A stretch of 64,000 nucleotides of DNA from assembly GCA_051362555.1 (NCBI GenBank), contig CM120646.1:20398001-20462000 (forward strand). Reading direction: 5' to 3'. This DNA comes from Lingula anatina. Lineage: Eukaryota; Animalia; Brachiopoda. Under the pieces are notes generated by a model. That model made no database searches and had not been told where the DNA came from. It worked only from the letters and a program-made list of their open reading frames with translations. This document shows, in pieces, positions 14,044 through 27,905 of the stretch. Numbering within the stretch: the stretch's first letter is position 1; every line of letters begins with the position of its first letter. The position numbers were made by a program, and so were the translations under genes.

Positions 14044-15939
14044 AGGGGCGCTAACTGAAACTAGAAGAATTTTCTAAGGCAGTCTTTCCTTGCAAAACGA
14101 AATACCAAAACAGCTTTGTGTTTAACCTGTTTACTTATCAACAAGATATTTTGATATCAAAACATGATTCAACACTTAGTTGCGCAAGCTCTCCTCTGTC
14201 ATTTCCATAAAATATTGCACTGATGATAAAATACAAGCAGTTTTGGATTTCTTGTTAAGTCATTATTGCTGAAAAATGACCAAAATCGATACCTAAGAAG
14301 GACCCGCTCTCTTTGTTCTTTCAGGCACCATTAAAGCCATTTATAATCTTCTTCTGACAACTTGAACGTTGGACGACTTCTCAGCGACATCACGGATCTG
14401 GTGGGTTTAACAGTATAATTCATGTTATAAAATCAAACAGCTTTATTCTTATCCAATTTAAATTTAATGCTGCATTTACTTGAAAGGTGCCCGCATGTTT
14501 GAGATATGTTAATAAATTCACACCCAGGTTGTAAATGTTCAACAAATTCAGCTCAAGACAGAAGGAGACAATGTTTAACAAACTAAAACGTGTTGTGTGA
14601 TTGAAAACATTTACAAAATTTGGTTCGATCTTTCTTACACACCTGCAATTTCACCAGGAGGCGAATCAAGGCGTCACATGGCCTGAATTAGCGTGGGACA
14701 TAAAAAATAATGTGATCAGGAAAAGGCGCTTGAGGTTAGTATTGGAACAAATGAAAAAAAAGCATTTGGCATCAAGAGAAATATCGAAAATATGGTCAAA
14801 ATATGTAGCAAGACATATCTTTATAATTTTCACCCTATATCCTCCGTAATGCCAATAGAATTAGATCTAAAGTTGTGGCGGGCGATTTTTTACTGTTTGA
14901 AGTATTTTTCGGCGTAATGATACTTACTTGCATCATAGAAATCTTATCATATGACAAAAGACACACAGGAGATTTTGCAGTTAGACAGCATCATACGTCT
15001 CAGAGAGTTTAAATATGGTCAAAATCCGATCTGCATCAATCTAAATGAATGGAAAACCGCAGAAAATTATAATCGGATTAAAGGGAGAAAAAATCAGTAA
15101 AATGGACATTCATAGAATATACAACCTGCCTTTATTCTGATGAAAGTTGAGCAATCATTCCCTTGTTTTACTTGAGAAAAAATGCCCAGTATTTTTCATA
15201 ACACGACGACAAGCAATTAGACATCTGTCTGTACACTTAAAACTCACTCGACTCCACCACCAGTCACTTAACTAACCATAAAAATATCTTGTAGTGGTGC
15301 GGCGGTACAAGACATTATCTAATGCTGGAATTCACATCTGTTGTCGAACACTTTGAAGTTAATTTAGCCTTCGAGCTAGCGGCATATTGCATCGTGTAGT
15401 GGGAAACCGTCAGTGCCTTCACGCCATTCTTTAAGGAAACGTAACTCTGATTTCACTGTAATTATGACCTACCGTGATGAGACGAACGGGATCTGTTTCC
15501 TAGCTCCTCCAAAATGTCTTCCCAAAGACAAATAAACAAATAAACAAAAAAGTCAATACACGAATAAATTATTACACAAAAAGCAGTATTGATTTTAAAT
15601 TCGTATAATTCCCAGTGCTTATTTTCGTTGCACTGACTAACCGTACATAGAACATATAAAAAATATCATATCATGATCTTACTTCAACCTGAAGCGATTA
15701 AATTACTTTCACTAACACATTTTTTCGCCTTATTAGCAACGTGCCAACATCACTGACGGGTTAGGTAAGGGGAGAAATGCGATGCAAGGACAACAAATGC
15801 TGCCTCGCTTCTCAAGAAAAAGGTATTGGAAGATAATACACAAGGGCAATTTCATTGATATGTAATACCAGGGTACAGTGACTTAGCAATGTTTGGTTTT
15901 GTCTGGTTTTCCTGCTGCATTTTCTCTTCTTTCTGTCTT

Positions 15940-15958
15940 TTTTCATTCTTGCTTACTA

Positions 15959-15989
<31 letters not shown>

Positions 15990-16045
15990 CTTCATTCCTT
16001 TTCCTTCTTTTTTTCTTTCTTCCGTCCGTTCCTTATTCTTATTCT
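15940..16045. repeat. (TTTC)n-rich pyrimidine tract
   Basis: Directly visible. It accounts for the low-complexity ORFs at 15852-16188. Confidence 0.85.
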
Positions 16046-17229
16046 TTACTAATTTTTTCGAGAGGGTGGGGAGTTGGGGTCGAAAGCCAATTATCTGCCT
16101 CTCCAAGCAGAAATACGTGCAGCACGCGTCAGCTAAATCCAGAAAAAACGCAAAGAAACCGTGTAAATCTATTCAGTTGACACCCTAAAGTAATTTAGTC
16201 ATGGATTCTGTCATGAAATCTGTTTCAAAATTAACCAGGGACCTGGTAATTGGTTTCTCTGATTCTCCACCTGCCGGCAGTACAATTAGTCTCAGTGAAG
16301 ATTTCATCTAAGGGTAATCCTCGTGGTTTTAATATGAGGCAGGTGTGGTCACACTGAAAATTAGCAGTTAAGTATACATCATTATAAATATATATCTATA
16401 TATACATGTATATACACAAATACAAAAATGCACGACCAACTACAGTCAACGTTGTAGAATTAAACACACTTATTCGGCCTTCTGTTGTAGCGCTCATGTG
16501 CAAAGATCATGCAGATCAATTGTTCCGTCTATTCAAGCTTTGTTCCGTTTCAAAGGTGTTTGCTGTATCAGTGACCAGCTCAAGCAGTTGTCACGACCCT
16601 CTGGAAGAGTCAATCGAAACACCGTCAAGATTTGGATGACAACTTTTTATATGGAAATAACTCCTTTTCACTTGAATATTGATAATATTGTTAATTAAGA
16701 AGGTATATTATGCTGACGTTAAATACAATATTAAGTATTAATGAAACACTTCAGAAAGCGGTGTTTAGATCATTAACTTTATTATAAATTTGTTGATTAT
16801 TTTTGAATTTCTAATTCATCGTGTATTGAGATGAACTAAATTAGAAAAGTAATTCTTTCACGGATTAATGCTATGCTTTATACCATTTAGATTTATTTCG
16901 AATGTTATTTAGATTTATTTCAATATATAAACAATTGTATTAATTCCAGTTATCCATAAATACATAAATCCAATATATACACAAATGAAGAAATTCAATA
17001 ATCACCCAAATGTATACATTTATGTTACTCAAGCAGTGCTCAAATATACTAAATAGCGTATGTTGTCTTGTTGCATTTTATATGATTTGTATTCTATTTA
17101 CCGTTTATTGTTTTTACACTGTATGAAATATCCCTACGCAGCACACCCCTACTCAGAAGTTCACGAAAATCGATTACCCGAATCAAACATCGAATGTCTC
17201 TTTGTTTCTTTTCAGAGACATTATGGGGA

Positions 17230-17300
17230 AAGCCAATCGAATATCAATATTGCGGATGAAGGTTTAGCGAGTTCTCCCGCGCATGCGCATATTGGCGCGC
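17230..17300 (+). promoter_or_regulatory. Candidate promoter (NRF1-type GCGCATGCGC plus CCAAT/ATTGG)
   Basis: CGCGCATGCGCA at 17278-17289, CCAAT at 17233 and ATTGG at 17291. Donor-like sites follow at 17388 and 18009. Confidence 0.35.
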
Positions 17301-18333
17301 TGGTGACACTTAAGCATTTGGCATAATTTCGTCGCCAGTAACCGTGCTCTACATGGACCTGTCTGTGGATCAGGTGTTGCGAAACAGGTAAAAATAGTTA
17401 AAAGACGTGAACGCTGAACGGGCGTCACTTATGCTAATAGAACACTGACTGGGAATTTTGTGACAATGACAATGTTGTGTATTTACAGTGTGGGTCAGCA
17501 AGGACATTTAGGGGACAACATACTAGACTTTGATGTAAGAAACGTTTGAACGAATATCGACGTGGTTTAATTTTGGAGTCCTGTAAGTTTGATTGTGGCT
17601 GATAAACTGTCGCTTCATTCCTGAAACTGACCGCCAGTGATAAACCTTAAGGAACGGCTGTACTTCTCTGGCTCATTAAAACAAGATGTTTTTGACGATG
17701 TTATATAAGACACAGCACTGTTTTTATGTAACCGACGGCGGACTCTCGCAGACTGCAACTGTGAACAGGAAATTTATCTAGGGAGATTGAAAGGAAAGCT
17801 GTATTTTCAAAAGACGAAACTGGATACATGTTCACATGATATATAAGTTAGTGGTTTATTAATTGAACACATCAAACAGACAAATTTCGAAGCTGCGCTT
17901 GGAGTAATACATTTAAGCAAGGCCTTATACAGCTCATCAATATCTTCTTACAAAACCTGTAGAGAGAGAGCGGAAGAGACGACGGGATAATTGGAAAGGT
18001 GAAGTAAAGTAAGTGTTACCACTTTATTATATATATATTTTTTCATCAGTATTTGGGGTAGAGGATGTTGCAAATCGGTTAAACAATATAACAGTTATAC
18101 TCAAATGGATATGAACAGGAAAGTGAAAAATTATGAAATAAACCTAATGAACGATATCCGCTCTAAACTGAAGTCTTGGTTTGGGTGCATACACGTTATA
18201 TTTAGTGTCTGTGCTTCGGTCTACCTTGGCTTGAAGTGTTGTTTAGACAGGGACATGCTTAGATCGAAAAGCGGGTTTACTTGCGTCATCAAGCGACGAC
18301 GATCCAAATGCAGTCAGACCCTCAGCGAGACAA

Positions 18334-18336
<3 letters not shown>

Positions 18337-18378
<42 letters not shown>
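18337..18378. repeat. (AT)n microsatellite
   Basis: Directly visible. Confidence 0.95.
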
Positions 18379-18381
<3 letters not shown>

Positions 18382-19697
18382 TCAAGTTAAACAATCTTCT
18401 TACACTCAAATATCAGGTTTTGTCCGTGTTGAAGCCAATTTATTAATAGCAGATGTTATTTAGGCACTAGAAGATTTCTTCATAACTGGATAATATTGTA
18501 CACACGTGTGTCAAAACGCGTAGGCTATATTTACAAGCTGCTGGTACCTGCTGGTTCTTGTCTTCTCACGGACATTGGCGTGATGCCAAGAACCCATTAA
18601 CTCAGTTAGCTTCTGAGTGACATTAAGACTTCATAAGCTTAATCCACGCAAAGGTAGAAAGAGACGGAAAGCGCGCATGCAGACGACATTTGATCTCTAG
18701 ATCTCAAGACAGAATCAGATATCCGACAAAATGGCACATCTGTCTCCTCATTAACCCAAGTGAAAGGATAAGTAAAAGACAAACACAAATATAGTGTTCG
18801 AAATGTGACCGATAGCGGTCGCTTTTATTTAGAGGTCCCTCTAGTTAAGAATGATGTTAGATATTATATAGCATTAGATAATGTTAAATTAGTTCAAATT
18901 ACGTAATACGCCAAACTTCCATTTAAACACATTTTCAACTGAAAAGGGAAGATTTATATTATTTTTAAATTGAAAATTTGATTTTCAACAAGTTCCAATC
19001 GACTCGTGCTCCATGCGGTCAATGATCTCCAAAAATAAGCTTGTCCATATTCTTTCAAACATATTAATTTTTTTAGAAGTAAATTATCCCACTGGTTGCT
19101 CATCTAGTTTTGATAATAAAGCCATTATTTAAAGGTCCACTTGTATTTTAAGGGGGAAAACCCCACCACATTTGCTTACATAAGGCTTATACAGACATCA
19201 ACCTAGAAACTAAACATGCAAAATCATTTTACAAAAACATTTTATTTGTAGCACTTGACAAATCCTGTAAAAAAACATCTTCATATTTGCCACCTTTGTT
19301 GTTAAAAACTTATTCGGTGCCGAATGTCGGTACAAAAAGTGAGTTACCCGATCTTTTTGCCAATCGCTGCTTAGACCAAACACAAACATCGTTTTTTTAA
19401 TGCAAGATATCATAACCGCACGTCCTTTTCAAAGTTATCTTTCCCTTCCTTCAGCATTCTTTAACATACCAACAGTGGCCTCCACGACACTGACGAATAA
19501 TGCAGAATACATTGCCCCAGAAGATATACAATACACTGTTATTAGATAGTAAAATAAGCAAATAAATATACAGGGCGAAGTTACTGATATGTTTTTAAAC
19601 ACGCTTTTTAGGACATATCTCTTTTCTTTTTTCCTCTAGATATAAAGGTGGATTTTGAAAAAAATTGAGCAAGTTGGTTTTTATTATATTTTTATGC

Positions 19698-19965
19698 TTG
19701 ACTGTTTTAAGTTTGAAGTCTTAGTTCTTCTAAATCCATTAGTGATAAATCAATTTCTGTTTTTAGACAATTGCTCCTCCTGTAAACATGTGTACAAAAT
19801 TAGTTTGCGCATTTGCGAAGGAAAAAAAAACATGCAAGTTCGTTTTTACTATTTTATTTTATTTTATTTCATTTTATTATTTTTTACTTGACTGTTTGAA
19901 GTTTGAAATCTCATTTCTAAATCCATTACAGATGCTCCTCCTGTAAACATGCTTACGAAATTACT
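19698..19965. repeat. Local diverged direct duplication (~190-bp period)
   Basis: ttgactgttt.aagtttgaa.tct..ttctaaatccatta...tgctcctcctgtaaacatg occurs at ~19698 and ~19888. Confidence 0.75.
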
Positions 19966-21887
19966 TCAACCTGGAAAATGGTTTTGACTTTTAGACCAAA
20001 CTTACCGCTTACTTCGACCCAAAATAAACCTATAAATCAATAAAATGAACTATTGCACCTGTTACATGTCTATAGTCTAATATAACAAGGAAGGCATACA
20101 GCTTACATAAAACATAATAAAACATAAGACATAAAACAAAAACTTTGGTCTTAGACTGAAATAGACTGAATAATTGGTCTTAAAGTTAAGACGTTTTGGT
20201 GAAAGCCTCCCCTGTAACATTAGTGAACGCTTTAAAAAACCTTGGCATCAGTCCCTTGAACATGAGATTGCATGCGACACTTATTCACACAACCTAAAAA
20301 TAAAAAGAAATGCCGTGATTCAAAGCAAATTGAACAACAGGTGAACTTTTAAACCCTAGAAACCCTAACGAGATCGTGAAGCTTCGCGCCGATGTGATAA
20401 ACGCTCGTTATGGAACCTGTCTTGTCTTGTCTGTCTTCTTAAACACGTCAAGTGATTTGAAGGAACACCCTGAAGTACAAAATATTCACAAGTGGCTATT
20501 TTTGTTGTCACAGAAGAGCAATTAACTGTCTTGTTGCTGTCGGGGCGGGCGGGGGGGGGGGGGGGGGGAAGCTTGGCAGGGACTTGTTAAGTGACAGTGC
20601 CTTAGTAGTTATGCAAACAATTACCAGCCATGTAATCATCCCTGAGATTTCAGTACAGGGTCACAGTACACAAAATAACAGTGAATTTAAGCAGAGGCAT
20701 ATTTGTGAATATCTTGTAAAAATCAATCTGTGGCCCTAGTAAAAATTCAATCTGTTGACCTGGTAGGGGATAAAGGTTCAATTCCCCTTGTAAAATAAAA
20801 TATTATCCGGTTCGACCTCATGTTGACAGGCTTTAAATGATTTTAACTCGTCCTGCCACTTGTCACACAAGCGTTTACAGTATTCACTAGAGAACAAAAA
20901 GTTACAGTAATTACTTTGCAACGCTCAGTGCGTGCCAAAGCGTAGTCTCTTAAACTTCTTTGAAGTTTTATTACTCCCTTCCAAGCGGACAGAGGCAATA
21001 ATTCAAACAATTTAACCCTTATGAAGGGATACGTAATTACTACTTGGACCTTCTCTTCAACAAAGCCTTATCGAGTTCTCAATAAACTAGTGCCTCACAA
21101 AGATCGATGGCGTTTCATGCTAGCCATTTGATCTGTGTGTCAGAACCGTCCAATGAATTGCACCAAACAAGAATGGTTTAGTTTCTATGGATGATTGTTT
21201 TCGGAAATCCATTACTTCGTGAGGACACATGCCCCTCCCTTCCCACCCCGAGATAATTGTTTTGTGTCAGTTATGGTGACAAACGGGATAAACCCCATTG
21301 AATGAATGTTCTATTATAAGGTTCAAATGTCTTTGCTATAAAACAGATAAACAAGTTTTCTAAAAACATTAGTGAGATGAGACTATCATCTTTTAATGCT
21401 TGGGCTAGCTTTTGTTCGGGCTACATGTAGCTTATGCACAATATATTGGACGACGTTCGCTCCTCTTGCTACTTAGAGCTTCCTAAGTAAAATTCACTTT
21501 AAACTAGCCTGGTTACAACACACGTGATTCGTTATTTTAAAACTCTACTAAAAACTCTTCTTTCATTTGGTTTTAGTCGAATGCACCATTCTTAATGGCC
21601 TCATTCTAAAACATCCAAAGTTTTCTCAACTGATTTGAGTAAGGTATGCCTTGGTGTTCATGAGAAATAGACGAAGTTGCAATGAAAATTCATTTTTTGC
21701 TATATAGCCATTTAAATCGGTAATATCCGCTATGAAATTATTTGTGAAACGCGCAATGGTAGGCTAGGGCTTAGTAGATGTTTAAAATATATATGATAAT
21801 TTACCCATGAACATTTTCTTTTCATCACTATAACTCCTAAAAGTTTACCGTCAGTTTTATTAAAATAGTCCGACTATTACATGTACG

Positions 21888-22081
21888 TACTATACTAACT
21901 ATACTATACTATGCTATGCTATGCTTAGACACTACACTACACTACACTACACTCTACTACACTACACTACACAACACAACACAACACAACACTACACTAC
22001 ACTACACTACACTACACTCTACTACACTACACTACACTACACTACGCTATGCAATGCCATACCATTCTATACTATTCTATA
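21888..22081. repeat. Pentanucleotide microsatellite, mainly (TACAC)n with variant units
   Basis: A 5-bp period is kept through TATAC, TATGC, TACAC, AACAC, CATAC and TATTC units. Confidence 0.92.
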
Positions 22082-23316
22082 CCATTTGCGTCATACTGCA
22101 TGGATACATATCTAGCACAGAAAAATGCACAACATAGTGAGGATGAGTTTTGGTAAACAAGGAAATTTTTGTGTGTGTTCAGGGTAACTTTTGTTCTCTT
22201 GTCTTGACAGGTAAGAATACACGGCGCAGTGCATTGATCATGGAGTTGTCCACACATACAAATATCCCAGTATCCAGTATACACTTATGTGCACAAGTTG
22301 TGGTACATTAAGATTTAAAAGCACACATACACACACTAATATTCATATTGAACGCTTCTTCCCCATTTGCGATTTCTGAGCACTATAGGGACGCGAATTT
22401 CTTTGATACCGGTATGTTGTTTTGTACAGTACCACCCGAAATCGATATTCCACCATTATTTGAATATGCGATAAATGTTATATAAATCATGACATGATTT
22501 CATTTAATTTTCTCTTCCTAACCATGGAATCCGAAATATGTACGATCGATAAAACATTAATTGAAAAAAAATCGATGCATCCGAACGAACAAAGAAGGGA
22601 AAACACAACGAAACATTAGGATAGAAAAACATGTTTTAATACCCATGATCGTGACCACTTGCTTAACCAGTCGTAAAAATGTGCGCGAACGCCCACACAC
22701 GTGTTTGCATAAATTAACGAATAAAAATAAATTCCAACTGCAACTGTGACAAAATTTAAAGACCCATCTGCCACCGCGTCACGCATCAAGCGATGGAATT
22801 AACTTGACCTTCAAAGTGAGTTATGGCTGCATGCAAGCTGTCAATAGACCAATCATAATTTTTTGCAATCAATTTCACATTTTCAAGTTTAAAGGTTTCA
22901 TTGTCACATTTAATGCATAAAGATATGTTATACACAGAAAAAGTGCAATAATGTTGAAAAGGATCCTTTGTGGATTTTGAAACGAGTACAGTTACAATTA
23001 GTCATTATAAAATCACATCCAAGCTGTTACTGAGTGGTATGGTGACAAGTTTTAACAAGTTAAAAATAGCCCAATATGAATATGCCTAAACGTTTTGTTT
23101 TAAATAGGTGAGCTAAATGTCATTTCAATTTAAAAGACAGATGTGACATTCAAGAAGCACGTGGCTGAGGACAAAATCGAGGGAAGTGATCGGCACGTTT
23201 ATCCTTAAAGAGTGAGTGAATGAGAGAGTTTCGAATGCGGACGTTAAAACGGCAAACCGTTGAGAGGCAGATAACAGTGTCTACTACAGTATTTATTTTT
23301 ACATCTACAGGTGTAT

Positions 23317-23321
<5 letters not shown>

Positions 23322-23397
<76 letters not shown>
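23322..23397. repeat. (CT)n(CA)n microsatellite
   Basis: Directly visible. Confidence 0.95.
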
Positions 23398-23399
<2 letters not shown>

Positions 23400-24898
23400 T
23401 CACACCATGGTTATGTATTATTTTAAAAATTTAAATGGCAGGTTTAGTGGTTGATTCTCTACAGAGGAGTAAGAGGAGAGCAGACTAAAATAAAACCTGT
23501 GAAAGTATTGGAAAATTCCACTAAATATACAACATTATTGTACGACAGTGGAGGTACATGGGGGGATAGGTGATTGCGCAAGCACACACCCCAAAAGATA
23601 ACTAGTTGTTTAATATATACCTGTTTACAAATTTCGCACCATTTATCTTGCGTATTTTAGTGCACAATTGATTTTCGATATCTATTAAAACCCATATGGT
23701 GTCTCAATATACTCATTGGGCCTGTTAGGGATATCATTGTATGAGGTGGACACGCATGGTCTCACAACATTGATTTGCGATTATTATAGCACTAATTGGA
23801 ATTAGGCCAATATGCCCAGTGCACACTATTGATGTGATACCGACAGCTCCGCTGTATTGGTTCCCCAGTTTGACACTAATCAATGTCAACTGACCTCCGA
23901 ATAACAGGTGGCCCTTTTATAGTCATTAAAATGCCTGTCTTATTCGCCATAGGTAAGGTTTACGTACCCCTGTACTTGTAAGTAGGCCTACCTAAATTGA
24001 TGTCGATGACCTTTAAGTGCTGATGTTGCATCTAGAATTGTCAAAGATTCCATTGCCATGGATAGCATCTTAAAACCTAGAGCCATTCATACACCTAGAC
24101 AGACCCCATCATTAAATTCACATTTTAGCATAGACAGAGCATACATTAGATTGCCCATATGACGTCACAACACGACTGAATCCCGTATGCTGCTCGCTTC
24201 CTAAAAATGCGTCTTGTGACGTCATTTGTAGGTGATATCCGCTTTAAGTCAGATCTTGGGGTGAACAAAGCCTAAATGTGAGGCAGGAATATAAAGTCAG
24301 CTTTTCGGTGTCTGCAAAAGAGTATAGAGCAATAAAATACATAACAATAGTTGGCGACATACAATCACGACTCTCTTGTTATAGGGGTATTATAAACGTA
24401 ACTAATGCGCTTTTCGAACTATTGCACCGCCATATGAACAATTTAATTCTCACTGTGCGTATCTGACATAGATTTATAGCTGCGCTTGTGAGGAATGCTA
24501 AAGAAATATTAAGCAATTAAAACTGAAATAGGCAGTTTAACAATGGCGAGTCTGGCATTGCAAATTGAATTTTCCATACGGTTCAAACATATGTATAAAA
24601 ACATATCAGTCATTTCGTTATTTAACTTATGTCGCGTTTCTAAAATATAAAAGATACGGAGCAATGTAACAAAAATAAAATGAAATAATTTTAAAAATGA
24701 CATCTACAGGTATAGCTATAAGTAGTTTTTACACTGGGGAATCATGGGCTAGAAACGTCAAAGTTGCCCAACCCCTTCAAAACAGACTGAAATTCAACTA
24801 CCTGCAAAACAGCAACCGACACAATACATTTAACACAATTTAAAACGTCTCCCTAAGTACCTTTTTTATGTGAACGTGGCCACACAAAGTTTGAATTG

Positions 24899-24961
24899 CG
24901 TCACAGTCGATTTCAGACTGTCGTTCCGGCCGTTACCCGCCTGATTAATGATCGTACGTGA
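24899..24961 (+). mobile_element. Possible 3' remnant of a CR1/L2/Rex1-group LINE ORF2
   Basis: Translates RHSRFQTVVPAVTRLINDRT*, resembling the C-terminal RTxRFxxSFxPxxxRLxN motif of these LINEs. The match is short and no RT core is seen. Confidence 0.35.
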
Positions 24962-25711
24962 TCCGCAGTTGTGGCTCTATTCTGTTAACCTAGACCTATA
25001 CCCACCGCTGTGCCATAATAAGAGGAATAGTTTGAAATTCCTGACTCTTGAACCCTGGTTATTTAATCAAAGGATGCATTATCTCTACGTTTACAGCGTT
25101 CCATTTTTCCAGAATATCATTTAACGTTGAGCAGGCGATTTTAGGCGGGAACAAATCCATTGACGCAAGCAGTGTTGATTTTTTTAATAAAGATATTCAG
25201 ACAGACAGACAGACAGATAGATGAAGAATCTCCATCGATTCATTCAAAGAAACTTAAAGGATCCAGTCAAGAAAAAGTGAACAGTGCACTTTATTTAATT
25301 TTGAATCACGGCGGAGTGATGGATGGAAAAAATTTAGCCTCCCCCCCCCCTTCTTCCCTTTCTCCCCTGTTTACAAAACTCAGCAGCCGCTGCTGTTATT
25401 TACGAAAGCGCACACTGATTAACGAGAACATTGAACTAAATCTCGGGAATTTAGAAGATTATTACAGACAACAGAATTAAAGTGCAAAAAGACCGGTGTT
25501 GTTGACAGGTCGACTTGAGTATCAGTCTTCGAGTCAATAACCTCGGAGCACTTAATGAGAGTTTACAACCGGGAGTCCGATAAATTACATCGTTAAAATA
25601 TTAGAAATCCTTCGCTGTCTCTCCAAAGCACGTCGTATTGTTGCGCCGACACCACTTCGACTGACAAAAGGCATTCAATTGGCCATGCCCAACGTTAATA
25701 CGAAAAACGCC

Positions 25712-25791
25712 TGTGCTTCCGAGAGAATCGAACCCAGGTAAAGTACGTGCTTATAAAGCAAGGTGATTTGATTAGCATGGCGCACAGAGAC
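25712..25791 (-). mobile_element. Degenerate tRNA-like head (possible SINE remnant)
   Basis: Minus strand reads GTCTCTGTGCGCC...GGGTTCGATTCTC (B-box-like) at tRNA spacing. No complete cloverleaf. Confidence 0.3.
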
Positions 25792-27789
25792 AGGGACATA
25801 CCAGGAGAATTTTATCAGTTGTACAGCTCTGTTACATCTCGCATTTAGTTTTGCGTTGGGTGTCACACATCTGTAAAGGGAAGAAAGTTTACAACCTACT
25901 CAAAACAACGATCCAGCTTTCTAGACCTTTATTGCACGGGGTCAATGAACATACCTGCCCTGCAAGGTAAGATTATCGGGCTATTTTACGGCATAAACGC
26001 TTGTCCATGTCAAGAGGACGTTTGATTTAAAATAGGATTAACTTACGGCGTAAGACGATCGGATTATTTTGAAATGTTTCTGAAAATTAATTGTGCCGAG
26101 TGAGGGTCTTTCTGCGGGGAGCGAGGGCAGTGCTACAAATACACACCATTGTGGTATACGTTGCGATATCTCAGGTTTAATAAGCTGGTTAACAAGTGAC
26201 GCGGTTCAAGCTCGTTTTCGATTTAGGTGAGACGAAAATTGAACATGCTTTCTGACTACAGGGTGCGCTAGTAGTCTGTTACAAAAATGTTGAGAAGCCA
26301 ATGGTGTAATTTTGTACAGTATCTTAGTGCCCCCCCCCCCCCCCATATCAGAGGATGCTGAACACCCCTTGAGACACATTACACAAGAGGTGGCATGCAG
26401 CAATATGTTTGACTGCAGTTTTATGGTCTGATTGTATTACCAGTGCATGTATATGTAATTTAACAAAAATTAAGAAAATGAACATTGGCGCAACTATCTC
26501 CAGTAGGAAGAGACTGTGGGCAGTCAAAACGTCGACACTCTTATATGGTAAAGGTTGCTAAAGAAAGAGAAATAAACAAACCCCATGTCCTGTTATTTGC
26601 TTGATTATTACAATGATTAGATTTAAAGACTGGAAAAACAAAACGGTGCGGTCTAGACAACAGTCAAACAAATAGTGTCGGAACCCCCAAATGAAATAAG
26701 TTCGTCTAATTAATTTGAAACTCGCGCAGAAGGTCTGCATGAAACCGCTGAGAAGAAGAGTTGTAGGATTTTGTTTGCCAAGTAATTGCCACGAGGATTT
26801 ATTGGGGCTCTGAATGATAAAACCCACTTGCCAGAATCGTACAAGCATTATTCCGTATAATAGATAAAAGACATAGATAAGGAATGATACAGGTGGAAAA
26901 AAATAAAGAAATCGCAGACATAATACCACATGATACCAATCGTTACCCTGTGGATTTCTGTACTCCAGAAGACAGCCATTTATTCTATATCATCGAAGTT
27001 ATCATCATTATTATTGTTATTATTTCGACTTTGTATTTAATGGTCGGGAATGACAAGTAAACTATCCTAGGATCCTGTAATGTAACCATGTAGCCATTTG
27101 TAAAATTACCCATGTACATGTGTAGCAAGGCTTAAACGATGAGAAGCACATCTTATCAGCGCATTGGTGTTGGTGTTGAAAGCTTAAGCAAACTCTTCCC
27201 ACCCCCCAACCTCAAACCCCCCACCCCCCTCGTTCCATATCACTATTCATTTAAAGTTGCAACTGTAGAGATAAGAATCTTAACGACAAACTTTTCCGTG
27301 ACCAAAGAATGTTCACAACTAGATGATGAATGTAGGAAAAGCGCATGTGAGAAAAGAACCATAAATAATGCTGATTGTCGCGTTTGATATTTAATGCAAC
27401 TTCGGCTATATAGCCATTGTTCAGGGTGAATTGATATATCGTTGTATCTACCCTGGAACAATGGCCTACTGTCGCTATCTCTCACACTCAGGAAATCAGA
27501 CAGGAGATATTCAAGGTTATTTTCACTTTATCGCCATATGTGTACTTTTTATTCCTTTTTTCACCAAATTAGATGGATTTGATGTGTACCTGGTAGAGAT
27601 CGGTTGAGCGTTTATTCTGCCGGTGTGACTTGTGAAGTTACACTGGCCAAAGATCGAGGAAGTTGGTGCTAGGTATTGTGTGATGAAAGTAACGTTAGAT
27701 ATATTTTCCGTGGGGTCTAATCCGACTAGATGTTTGAATGCAATGTGGGCATGTACATGCATGTGTTCGTGTGTGGATACGTGCTTAAG

Positions 27790-27905
27790 TATGTGCACTA
27801 AGAGTATGTGATTGTGTCTGTGTTGTGCATGCCTGTGTGTTTGTGTAAGTGCGTATGCGACTGTGTGTGTGTGTGTGTGTGTGTGCGTGTGTGTGTGTGT
27901 GGCGC
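27790..27905. repeat. (TG)n microsatellite with degenerate flank
   Basis: Directly visible. Confidence 0.9.

Noticed and set aside
25712-25791. tRNA gene (also a tRNA-like stretch at ~54500-54560)
   Set aside because: Only a B-box-like motif is present. Acceptor and D stems do not pair convincingly.
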